Positions 8,182-15,632 of a DNA stretch of 64,000 bases are shown here, one piece after another. Source of the DNA: Candidatus Micrarchaeota archaeon (GTDB taxonomy: Archaea > Micrarchaeota > Micrarchaeia > Micrarchaeales > CABMGC01). The DNA lies in NCBI GenBank assembly GCA_027319905.1, contig DAHVMJ010000001.1, positions 11,518 to 75,517 of the forward strand, read 5' to 3'. Numbering within the stretch: position 1 is the stretch's first letter; the number at the start of each line of letters is the position of its first letter. The position numbers and the translations under genes are program-made. The notes below the pieces were generated by a model, which did not search any database, was not told the origin of the DNA, and saw nothing but the letters and a program-made list of their open reading frames with translations.

Positions 8182-8730
8182 TTAAAATGCTTTGCTCTGC
8201 GACGCCAACCTGACTATCTGCCTCACTTCCTTTGTGAGTTGCGGTATCGTACTCGTGCCGGAAATGACGTAGTCTGCGCTCTCTATCGCGCCCCATAAGC
8301 CGAAGCGTTCCTCTTTCTTGTCTCTTTTCACGAAGTCGGCGTAGGTCTTCTGCGCGTCGGCCCTGCCCCTTTTCCTCATCCTCTGGAACCTCAGCCTGCT
8401 CGGTGCAATAATCGCAATTGCTACGGTCTTGCCTTTCTTCCTTATGTAGTCGAGTTCGGGTTTGCTTCTGACTCCTATTATTGCTATGTTTCTGCCTCTG
8501 CTTAGATCAACTTCGCTTGCCAGTTTTCTTACAGTTACCAGTCTTCCGTGGCTCTTCCGCAGCCAGATTGTAAACTTCCTGTCGGACTCGGGGGTTAGCG
8601 CTATCTCTTTGTCTCGCATCATCCTCCTGACTATGTCGCCGAGCTCGTAGATTTTGAATCCCATGTGAGACAGCACCTTGCCTACGCTGCTCTTCCCGGC
8701 GGCGGGCGTCCCTGTCACGCAGACTATCAT
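8182..8730 (-). CDS. P-loop nucleotide/nucleoside kinase-like protein (UPF0200 / dephospho-CoA-kinase-like)
   Basis: Walker A 'GTPAAGKSS' at the extreme N-terminus; 182 aa, NMP-kinase size. Confidence 0.65.
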   Translation of the reverse strand: MIVCVTGTPAAGKSSVGKVLSHMGFKIYELGDIVRRMMRDKEIALTPESDRKFTIWLRKSHGRLVTVRKLASEVDLSRGRNIAIIGVRSKPELDYIRKKGKTVAIAIIAPSRLRFQRMRKRGRADAQKTYADFVKRDKKEERFGLWGAIESADYVISGTSTIPQLTKEVRQIVRLASQSKAF

Positions 8731-8731
8731 G

Positions 8732-9061
8732 CTAATGCACTCTGCTGCCCTGCTCTATGTCCCTGTCAGGCACAAGCAAAGACAAGGATACGCCGCTCTC
8801 TGCAGCGAGTATCATCCCGTTTGAGATTACTCCTGCAACGCTTTTTGGTTCGAGGTTGACCACGCACGCTATCTTTTTGCCTTCAATCTCCTCCTTCGCA
8901 TACCTGTCCCTTATGCCAGCGACAATCGTACGTTCCCCGATTTCGCTGCCGAAGTCTATGCGCAGTATGTACATTGGATTCCTTGCCTTGTCGTGCACGC
9001 TTGCCTCGATCACCTTGCCCACCCGTATGTCTATGTTCTTGAACTCGTCTATCGAAACCAT
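8732..9061 (-). CDS. Stand-alone tRNA-binding domain protein (Trbp111/CsaA/EMAP-II fold)
   Basis: 'FKNIDIRVGKVIEA...NLEPKSVAGVISNGMILAA' is the OB-fold tRNA-binding domain otherwise found at the C-terminus of many MetRS. Confidence 0.8.
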   Translation of the reverse strand: MVSIDEFKNIDIRVGKVIEASVHDKARNPMYILRIDFGSEIGERTIVAGIRDRYAKEEIEGKKIACVVNLEPKSVAGVISNGMILAAESGVSLSLLVPDRDIEQGSRVH

Positions 9062-9103
9062 ATAATCAAAAAATGTTCTTTGCTTAAGCTTATTAGTCTT
9101 AAG

Positions 9104-9202
9104 ATGCGGGCAACAAAGCTCAGGAGCGCGATGGAGTACCTCATGACCTACGGTTGGCGATACGCCACTATGACTAACCTGACCCAGGACGAAATGTTGT
9201 GA
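9104..9202 (+). pseudogene. 5' fragment of a class-III-signal (type IV pilin-like) LamG-family gene
   Basis: MRATKLRSAMEYLMTYGW then unrelated sequence and a stop. The stretch gcgatggagtacctcatgacctacgg is nearly identical in nucleotides to the 5' end of the gene at 53440..54333. Confidence 0.6.
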
Positions 9203-9750
9203 TGTATATGCGCGCGTTTATTGCGATCGATATCCCTGAAGAGCTAAAGCGGAAAGCGGAGTTGCTGGAGAACGGTTTTAGAATGGAAGGCATAGCCCTA
9301 GTGCACAAGGACTCGATGCACATAACACTTCAGTTCCTCGGCGAGATTGACGCTGCACAGGCAGAGAAAGTGATCGCGGCCATAAAGAGCTGCGCTACCA
9401 AACCATTCAGACTCACGCTTTCCGAAGTGTCTTATTTCACCCCCAGGCTCATACGCGTGATATTTGCAGACATTACAGAGGGAAGGGATGCGTTGCAGCG
9501 GCTCTACTCTAAGCTGGACTCCGCGCTTACTGCACGGAGCATCGTGTTCGAGAAAGAGCACGGCTATGCCCCCCACCTTACTCTGGCGAGAGTCAGGCGA
9601 GTAAAGGATATGCGCGCGCTGCGCCAGGCTCTTGAACTGAATGCAAAGGCTGAGCTCGGCTCGTTTGAAGTCAGATCGATAGTGCTGAAAGAAAGCGTTC
9701 TTACCCCAGAAGGCCATACCTACAGAGACCTATACGTGCTTGCGCTCTAG
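9202..9750 (+). CDS. ligT: RNA 2',3'-cyclic phosphodiesterase / 2'-5' RNA ligase (LigT/ThpR, 2H family)
   Basis: Two HxTx motifs, 'HITLQFLG' and 'HLTLAR'. Start is ambiguous (GTG 9199, ATG 9202 or 9208). Confidence 0.85.
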   Translation: MYMRAFIAIDIPEELKRKAELLENGFRMEGIALVHKDSMHITLQFLGEIDAAQAEKVIAAIKSCATKPFRLTLSEVSYFTPRLIRVIFADITEGRDALQRLYSKLDSALTARSIVFEKEHGYAPHLTLARVRRVKDMRALRQALELNAKAELGSFEVRSIVLKESVLTPEGHTYRDLYVLAL

Positions 9751-10041
9751 CGCTGCGGTTTTTGGAAGCGCCTTCTGGGCCTCGTTGGCTCTCTTTACAA
9801 GCTTGAGACCTGCAGCCATTGCAATTATGTCGATGCCCAGAAGTGCGCCATCGACAAGAGGTTTCTGCGCCGTGGGCTGACGGAGCAGCGCGCTAATAAG
9901 GTCAAACGCAGGTCTCAACGCAGCGACGGCGGCGGCAGAACCTATCAGCAGACCGCCCGTTACCTCAAGCGGGCCCGACTCCTTGTTCAGTTCTGTTCTG
10001 ACCCTTGCCACTGCTTTTCTGAATGACACAGTAATACACAT
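9730..10041 (-). CDS. Hypothetical Ala-rich small protein
   Basis: ORF only. It overlaps the 3' end of ligT convergently by about 20 nt and has low-complexity composition. Confidence 0.3.
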   Translation of the reverse strand: MCITVSFRKAVARVRTELNKESGPLEVTGGLLIGSAAAVAALRPAFDLISALLRQPTAQKPLVDGALLGIDIIAMAAGLKLVKRANEAQKALPKTAALERKHV

Positions 10042-10074
10042 TTCCCTTTGGTTTCGGCAGCCTTAATACAGTTT

Positions 10075-10665
10075 CTAGGCGAACTTGAGTTCAGCCTTCA
10101 TCTTGTTGTATTCGTCTGCGCTCTGCGTAGTCGCAAGCTCGTGAGGCCTGTAGATGCGGTTGAGCAGAAGGAGATTGAAAACCATTCCTAATTTGGTGTC
10201 GAAAACGAGGTGGCGCGTCTCTCCCCCAAAGACATCGAGCTCCACCAGGGCAGGCTTCGCACTCGCGTACAGCCTCTCGGCGCTGCTCAATAGTTCTGTG
10301 TCCCTGTCCTGCAGTCCTATGACACGCATCTCCAGATTTGGTTTCTTGAGGGCTCTCAGGTTGGTCGTCACTTTCTTGAGAGCACCGTCGCTCAGTTTCT
10401 GAGAGAATCTCAGTACTGTTGACTGGGTGGTGTTCACGTCGTATATGGAGACGAAAAGGTCGTGGGTGAGGCTCTTGCTCATTACGAAACGCCCTTCTTC
10501 ACTATACTTTCTGAACGTGCCCTGGTTCATTCCGAGCAGCACGCCGTGGTGTTCAACATGAGAGAGCGAGAGATGTATCCTGTCCCTTGATCTAATGTAC
10601 AGCTGCACGTTTCCGAATTCGGGCTTTGCCTTTTCCTCCTCGTAAACACTCCAGAAGTTCATCAA
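10075..10665 (-). CDS. Hypothetical protein
   Basis: 196-aa ORF with a TATA-like element in the divergent 10666-10743 spacer. No motif recognised. Confidence 0.5.
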   Translation of the reverse strand: MMNFWSVYEEEKAKPEFGNVQLYIRSRDRIHLSLSHVEHHGVLLGMNQGTFRKYSEEGRFVMSKSLTHDLFVSIYDVNTTQSTVLRFSQKLSDGALKKVTTNLRALKKPNLEMRVIGLQDRDTELLSSAERLYASAKPALVELDVFGGETRHLVFDTKLGMVFNLLLLNRIYRPHELATTQSADEYNKMKAELKFA

Positions 10666-10743
10666 TATCTCTCGCGGCGCTATCTTTAAATATTCTCAGC
10701 TCAGATATAAATAAGGCTTTTGCCTAATCCTTGGATTGATCAT

Positions 10744-11313
10744 ATGAAGGTTAGCGTAGTCGAGAATTCGCCAAAGGTTATGCGCGTAGACATAAGCGGA
10801 ATAGGCTATGGCGTAGCCAATGCGATACGCAGAGCCGCAATCGGGGGAGTCGGCTGCTTCTCCATAGATACGGTGACGTTTTACGAGAACAGCAGTGCGC
10901 TCTTCGATGAGTACCTGGCGCACAGGATAGGCCTCGTGCCGATAATAACGCCGAAGGATTATGACGAGAAGGACGAGGTGGTGTTCTCGCTGGAGGCTGA
11001 GGGACCCGCCACCGTATACTCGAAGGAACTGAAGAGCAGCGACAAGAACGTCAAGGTGGCCAACGGTGACATACCCCTAATCAAGCTCGCCGAGGGCCAG
11101 AGGTTGAGGGTGGACGGCAAGGCTGTGGTGGGCACGGGGCGCAGAAGCGCCAAGTTCCAGCCGGGCATAGTGAGCTACAAGGCTAAAAGCGACAAGGAGT
11201 TCGAGTTCTATTTTGAGTCTTTCGGACAGATGCCCGCCAACGAGATAGTCAGGCGTGCATTAGATATAATAAGTTCTGGATTGAGAGATATACACAAGGA
11301 ACTGAAGAAATAG
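10744..11313 (+). CDS. rpoD: DNA-directed RNA polymerase subunit D (Rpo3)
   Basis: 'MKVSVVENSPKVMRVDISGIGYGVANAIRRAAIG...SIDTVTFYENSSALFDEYLAHRIGLVPI', the typical alpha-like subunit N-terminal domain. Trimmed to the second Met of ORF 10720..11313. Confidence 0.85.
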   Translation: MKVSVVENSPKVMRVDISGIGYGVANAIRRAAIGGVGCFSIDTVTFYENSSALFDEYLAHRIGLVPIITPKDYDEKDEVVFSLEAEGPATVYSKELKSSDKNVKVANGDIPLIKLAEGQRLRVDGKAVVGTGRRSAKFQPGIVSYKAKSDKEFEFYFESFGQMPANEIVRRALDIISSGLRDIHKELKK

Positions 11314-11316
11314 CGC

Positions 11317-11402
11317 GCGGGGGTGGCAGAGCTTGGTCAAATGCGCAGGATTGAGGTTCCTGTAGCCTAGTGCTTGCGCGAGTTCAAATCTCGTCCCCCG
11401 CA
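11317..11402 (+). tRNA. tRNA-Leu(GAG)
   Basis: GCGGGGG-TG-GCA..TGC-..-CAGGA-TTGAGGT-TCCTG, long variable arm, GCGAG-TTCAAAT-CTCGT-CCCCCGC-A; 86 nt. Confidence 0.9.
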
Positions 11403-11463
11403 GACCTCAGATTTGTGCAGGTATATACCCAATTTTTAAATAGAAGAAAACCGAGGTTAGGGC

Positions 11464-12681
11464 ATGGAGTACCTGAAGCACCTCAGGAACCACACGCTTG
11501 TAAATCTAGATGCACAGCTCAAAGGCCCCACGCTTGTCAGGACTGACATAAACCTGCCCGTGGTGGAAGGCCACGTCGCCTCAGACGCTTTGAGGCTGCG
11601 CGTGTACTCGCACATGCTCGAACTGTACGCGGAGCGCAGCGGCCTCGTGGTTATGGCTCACCAAGGAAGGAAAGGCGATGATGATTTCCTGCCGCTGAAG
11701 GAACACGCCAGCCTTCTTGGGTCGTTGGTGCGCGAAGCGACAATTGAGTTCATACCGCACGACGCCATCTTTAGCGACGAGACGAAGCGCAGGATAGCGG
11801 GAGTGAAGAGGGGGGAGATTATCCTGCTGGACAACGTGAGGTATTTTGATTTTGAGAAGAAGTTTGAGCTAGACTCGTGTCCTTACCAAAGCCTGTTTGA
11901 GGGATCGATCGCCACATGCGTAAACGATGCGATGCCGGCGTGGCACAGGGCAGACTCGAGCATGATGGTTCTTCCGCATATCGCGACCACCTTCGTCGGC
12001 CTCAGGTCTGCTTACGAGCTTGAGATCGTTGAAGGCATAATGGGAAACGGGCAGAACAAGGCGCTCATATCGGGAGGCAAAAAACTGCAGAAGGTCACAG
12101 ACCTGCAGCGGATATTCGCTTCGGGGGTGGACGGCTTCACCGGAGGGCTCGTAGGGCAGCTGATTGCTAGGGTCAGGGGACACGATCTTGGGAAAGCGAA
12201 CAATGACTTCATAGAAGCGAAGTTCGATGAGAAGGAGCTCGAAGACGCCAGATTGATAGCGTCTCTTCAGAACGTGGAGCACCCGTGCGACTTTACTGTG
12301 CTTGAGAACGGGGAGAAGAGGAATGTTGAGCTGAAGGACTTGCGAGCATGCGATGGTCAGATAGTTGACATAGGAGAAGGAACGGTGGAGCGGTGGGCCA
12401 GAAGGCTCGAGGCAAAGGAGATAAGGATAAGGGCTGGCCCTCTGGGTGTGTACGAGAAAGGATACGTGAACGGGGTTGAGCTTACCAAGAGGATAGCAGG
12501 AAGCGGCCTTGTTTTCCTCGGCGGAGACACGTCGCAGGAGGTGGTTGAGAGCGGGCTGGAGAGCCACATAATAGATGCTGGCGGCAAGCTGCTCGTCAGC
12601 GGAGGCGCGGCTCTGCACAGGCTCGCGGGAGGCGGTTACCCGCCCCTGGACGAGATGCTCGTGCTGCAGAGGAAGGCATAG
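11464..12681 (+). CDS. pgk: Phosphoglycerate kinase (archaeal type)
   Basis: 405 aa. 'LVRTDINLPV' near the N-terminus and 'VSGGAALHRLAGG' near the C-terminus resemble PGK signatures. Confidence 0.7.
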   Translation: MEYLKHLRNHTLVNLDAQLKGPTLVRTDINLPVVEGHVASDALRLRVYSHMLELYAERSGLVVMAHQGRKGDDDFLPLKEHASLLGSLVREATIEFIPHDAIFSDETKRRIAGVKRGEIILLDNVRYFDFEKKFELDSCPYQSLFEGSIATCVNDAMPAWHRADSSMMVLPHIATTFVGLRSAYELEIVEGIMGNGQNKALISGGKKLQKVTDLQRIFASGVDGFTGGLVGQLIARVRGHDLGKANNDFIEAKFDEKELEDARLIASLQNVEHPCDFTVLENGEKRNVELKDLRACDGQIVDIGEGTVERWARRLEAKEIRIRAGPLGVYEKGYVNGVELTKRIAGSGLVFLGGDTSQEVVESGLESHIIDAGGKLLVSGGAALHRLAGGGYPPLDEMLVLQRKA

Positions 12682-12737
12682 GTTTTAAATAATGTAAAAG
12701 CAATCTATTATACGCTTGTTTTGAGGCATGAATTCCG

Positions 12738-13175
12738 ATGGCTGAGAAGGAATACGTGATCGACTGCGATGAGCAGATTCTCGGAAGGCTAGCGAGCCGC
12801 ACGGCCAAGCTGCTGCTTCAGGGAGCCAGGGTGACGCTGGTCAACGCCGAAAGGGCGGCGATAAGCGGACACGAGAGCAACATAGTGGCGAACTACAAGC
12901 AGAGGCTTGAGTTCAAGGACAAAGCCAATCCCGAACACTCACCCTACTGGTCGAGACGCCCGGACTTCTTCGTCAAGAGGATAGTCAGGGGCATGCTGCC
13001 ATGGAAGAAGCCCAGGGGAAGGGATGCATTCAAGAGACTGCGCGTGTACATAGGCGTGCCTGCAGAGATCGGCAAGGAGAAGGCCACGAAGGAACAGACG
13101 AAACGCAGGAGCGAAACATACGAGAGCTCGATGACCGTAGGCGAACTGTCTGAGAGGCTTGGGTACAAGATGTGA
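12738..13175 (+). CDS. rpl13: 50S ribosomal protein uL13
   Basis: 'VIDCDEQILGRLASRTAKLLLQGARVTLVNAE' and 'MLPWKKPRGRDAFKRLRVY'. Confidence 0.9.
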   Translation: MAEKEYVIDCDEQILGRLASRTAKLLLQGARVTLVNAERAAISGHESNIVANYKQRLEFKDKANPEHSPYWSRRPDFFVKRIVRGMLPWKKPRGRDAFKRLRVYIGVPAEIGKEKATKEQTKRRSETYESSMTVGELSERLGYKM

Positions 13176-13179
13176 AACG

Positions 13180-13713
13180 ATGGCTAACGAGGGAAATGTT
13201 GACAACCTTAACAAGGAACTTGCCGGAGTGATCCAGCAGGCCGAAGCGCAGCAGAAGCAGGCAGTAAAGAAAACTGTTGTGCGCAGGAGGGCGCCGTCAA
13301 AGAAGAACAAGCCTGTGCTCGAGAAGGCGAGGAGGAAGATGGCGACCGCAAGAGCCAGCCTCGCTCCAGGAATACCCAGAATAACGCTCAACGGCTTTGA
13401 CATCCTTACAGTCAAACCAGCCGAACTGCGGGATATGATACTGGAACCAGTGAACATAAGCAGTCTGACCAAGGAGATAGCTGGAAAGTCAAGCATAAGC
13501 ATAAACGCCTACGGTGGCGGGTCGAGCGGCCAGGCGCAGGCCGCAAGGAGCGCGCTCGCAAAGGTGATTGCGCAGGCTGCAAGCAGCGATGTTATAAAGA
13601 AAATGTACATGGATTACGATAGAACCCTGCTCGTGGACGATGTCAGACAGGTGGAGCCGAAGAAGTACAAGGGGCCCAAGGCAAGGGCAAGGTTCCAGAA
13701 GAGCTACAGATAG
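13180..13713 (+). CDS. rps9: 30S ribosomal protein uS9 with a ~45-aa Lys/Gln-rich N-terminal extension
   Basis: C-terminal 'KGPKARARFQKSYR' is the uS9 hallmark. Start trimmed to 'MANEGNV', just after the L13 stop. Confidence 0.9.
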   Translation: MANEGNVDNLNKELAGVIQQAEAQQKQAVKKTVVRRRAPSKKNKPVLEKARRKMATARASLAPGIPRITLNGFDILTVKPAELRDMILEPVNISSLTKEIAGKSSISINAYGGGSSGQAQAARSALAKVIAQAASSDVIKKMYMDYDRTLLVDDVRQVEPKKYKGPKARARFQKSYR

Positions 13714-13725
13714 TTTGGTGATGCT

Positions 13726-13926
13726 ATGATGGTACCAGTAAGATGTTTCTCGTGCGGGCAGGTCGTTGCTGACAAGTGGGAAGAGTTCGACAAGCGGGTG
13801 AACAAGAACGGCGAAGATGCAGGCAAGGTGCTCGACGACCTAGGTGTCAAGCGCTATTGCTGCAGGCGCATGCTGATAAGCCACGTGGACCTGATTGACG
13901 AGATAATAAACTACGGCAGGAAGTGA
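13726..13926 (+). CDS. rpoN: RNA polymerase subunit N (Rpo10)
   Basis: '[18 protein letters not shown]...[15 protein letters not shown]'. Confidence 0.9.
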   Translation: MMVPVRCFSCGQVVADKWEEFDKRVNKNGEDAGKVLDDLGVKRYCCRRMLISHVDLIDEIINYGRK

Positions 13927-13927
13927 A

Positions 13928-14173
13928 ATGGCTCTGAAACTGACTAAGGAAATGGAAGCCGAAGCAAGGGCGATGTACGAAAAACTTGCGAGTGCGCCAA
14001 ACAGGACGCCTAAAAACAAGGCGCCCCCTTCAGGATACGTATGGGTAAGGACAATACCGGGAGGCGCGGCGCACCTTGAGAAGGAGAGCGACGTTCTTGA
14101 GCGCAGAAAGGAGCAAGAGGCAGACCTCAGACGCATAAAGAGAGCTGGAGGAAAGGTCCGCATAATCCTATAA
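13928..14173 (+). CDS. Hypothetical 81-aa basic protein, positioned where rpoK usually sits
   Basis: ORF starts 1 nt after the rpoN stop. It has no Rpo6/K motif (no 'ARILG.RALQ'). Confidence 0.45.
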   Translation: MALKLTKEMEAEARAMYEKLASAPNRTPKNKAPPSGYVWVRTIPGGAAHLEKESDVLERRKEQEADLRRIKRAGGKVRIIL

Positions 14174-14210
14174 AGGATAAAATTGAGAATGTTGAAACAC
14201 TAATGAATCA

Positions 14211-14220
14211 GATATAAAAA
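14211..14220 (+). promoter_or_regulatory. TATA box (gatataaaaa) for the tRNA at 14245
   Basis: About 25-30 nt upstream of the tRNA 5' end. Confidence 0.45.
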
Positions 14221-14244
14221 CATCGTGCGCGATAGACTAGCTGC

Positions 14245-14339
14245 GGGGTCGTCGGCTAGCTTGGTTAGGCTTTGTGCCTAGGGCGCACAAGACCCGCGTT
14301 CAAATGGCAGACATCTGCCTGGAAATCGCGGCGACCCCG
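14245..14339 (+). tRNA. Intron-containing tRNA (insertion in the T-loop); the anticodon loop reads CTAGGGC = AGG (Pro?), isotype tentative
   Basis: Hand fold. Acceptor GGGGTCG/CGACCCC+G. D-arm GGCT-AGCTTGGTTA-GGCT. Anticodon stem TGTGC/GCACA. T-stem CCGCG/CGCGG encloses 28 nt (ttcaaatGGCAGacatCTGCCtggaaat) instead of 7. Confidence 0.7.
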
Positions 14340-14357
14340 TAAAAGAATGGTGCAAGA

Positions 14358-14972
14358 ATGAGCGATGAGATGCTTGTGGACCGGCAGGAGTACGTATACT
14401 CACACATACAGGCGGGAACGATGGTGCGAACGCCTGGCATGAGCAGGTTCATAGACAAGCGAAGGGGCGACGGCCTTTACCTTCTCAAAATGGAGGATAC
14501 GGACAGGAGGATAAAGGCTGCGGCGAAGATGCTGGCCAGGTACGACCAGAAGGTCATTGCTGTGACAGCTTCGCGAATATACGCTATAACTCCAGCGAAG
14601 AAGTTCGCTGAGATAACTGGCGTGAGGCTCGTTGAAGGCAGGGTCATGCCTGGCATATTCACAAACCCGAACAGGAGCGATTTCTTTGAGCCAGATATCG
14701 TGCTCGTCAGCGACACCAGGAACGAGAGACAGGCGGTCAAGGAGGCGAGCAAGATAAACGCGCCGGTGGTTGCACTCTGCGACACGGACAACTGGATCAA
14801 GTTCGTAGACATGATCATACCTTGCAACAACAAGAGCCGCAGGTCGATAGCCCTTGTCTACTGGCTGCTTGCCAGGGAGTTCATGAAGGAGAAGGGCCTG
14901 ATAAAGAGCGACGACGAATTCAAGCACAGCGTTTCAGACTTCGAAGCCAAGATAGACATAAAGGTCAAGTAA
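14358..14972 (+). CDS. rps2: 30S ribosomal protein uS2
   Basis: 'FIDKRRGDGLYLLKMEDTDRRIKAAAKML...PDIVLVSDTRNERQAVKEASKINAPVVALCDTD'. Confidence 0.9.
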   Translation: MSDEMLVDRQEYVYSHIQAGTMVRTPGMSRFIDKRRGDGLYLLKMEDTDRRIKAAAKMLARYDQKVIAVTASRIYAITPAKKFAEITGVRLVEGRVMPGIFTNPNRSDFFEPDIVLVSDTRNERQAVKEASKINAPVVALCDTDNWIKFVDMIIPCNNKSRRSIALVYWLLAREFMKEKGLIKSDDEFKHSVSDFEAKIDIKVK

Positions 14973-15104
14973 AGTTTCACAAAGAAACAACTGCGTTTTT
15001 CGAAAAGTTGGGGCTGAGAAGAGGGAATGGATGGAAACTGACGCGCGCTTGTAATGTGCGCCGCGTGTGAGTAAGTTAAATAAACTGAATTCTGATACCT
15101 ATTC

Positions 15105-15632
15105 ATGCTGCTTCTCAAGGCTCAGGCGGCCGTTGACTTCATGATGTCATACGGCATAGCGCTAATAATCATCTTCATAGCCATAGCAGTGATCTATAAG
15201 GTCACCATACTCTCCCCCGCGTTGGCAGTCTCGTCGTGCACCGCTTCTCCGGGCTTCTCGTGCGAGGCCTTCGCGCTCAACACCAGCGGCGTGCTCACTC
15301 TGCAGCTCTCGCAGGCTACGGGAGGGTCAATCACCATACATGGAGCCGCGTGCTCCTCACAGCCGAACGTTACCGGGAACAAGCCAGCGTACGGAAACAT
15401 AGGGGTAACGCCAACAGCCGGCTACTATTTCGGAACAAACGCTCCTGGCTCCGGCATACCAGTTTACAGCGGTTCGGCCAACACAATGGTTCTCTACTGC
15501 TACGGCGACAGCGGCGTGGCAACCGGCACGCTGGGTGACGGTTTCGATGGGTTCGTCTGGCTGAACTACACAGTTCCGAGCTACGGCAATGTTATACAGC
15601 AGGTGGCTAGCCTCAACGTCAGATACACTTAG
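15105..15632 (+). CDS. Class-III-signal-peptide (type IV pilin-like) secreted protein
   Basis: N-terminus MLLLKAQAAVDFMMSYGIALIIIFIAIAVIY matches the archaeal prepilin pattern [KR][GA]Q-x-[SA]-x-[DE][FY] followed by a hydrophobic helix. Confidence 0.65.
   Translation: MLLLKAQAAVDFMMSYGIALIIIFIAIAVIYKVTILSPALAVSSCTASPGFSCEAFALNTSGVLTLQLSQATGGSITIHGAACSSQPNVTGNKPAYGNIGVTPTAGYYFGTNAPGSGIPVYSGSANTMVLYCYGDSGVATGTLGDGFDGFVWLNYTVPSYGNVIQQVASLNVRYT

Noticed and set aside
11869-12618. 249-aa minus-strand ORF
   Set aside because: It lies entirely inside pgk on the opposite strand and has no recognisable motif.
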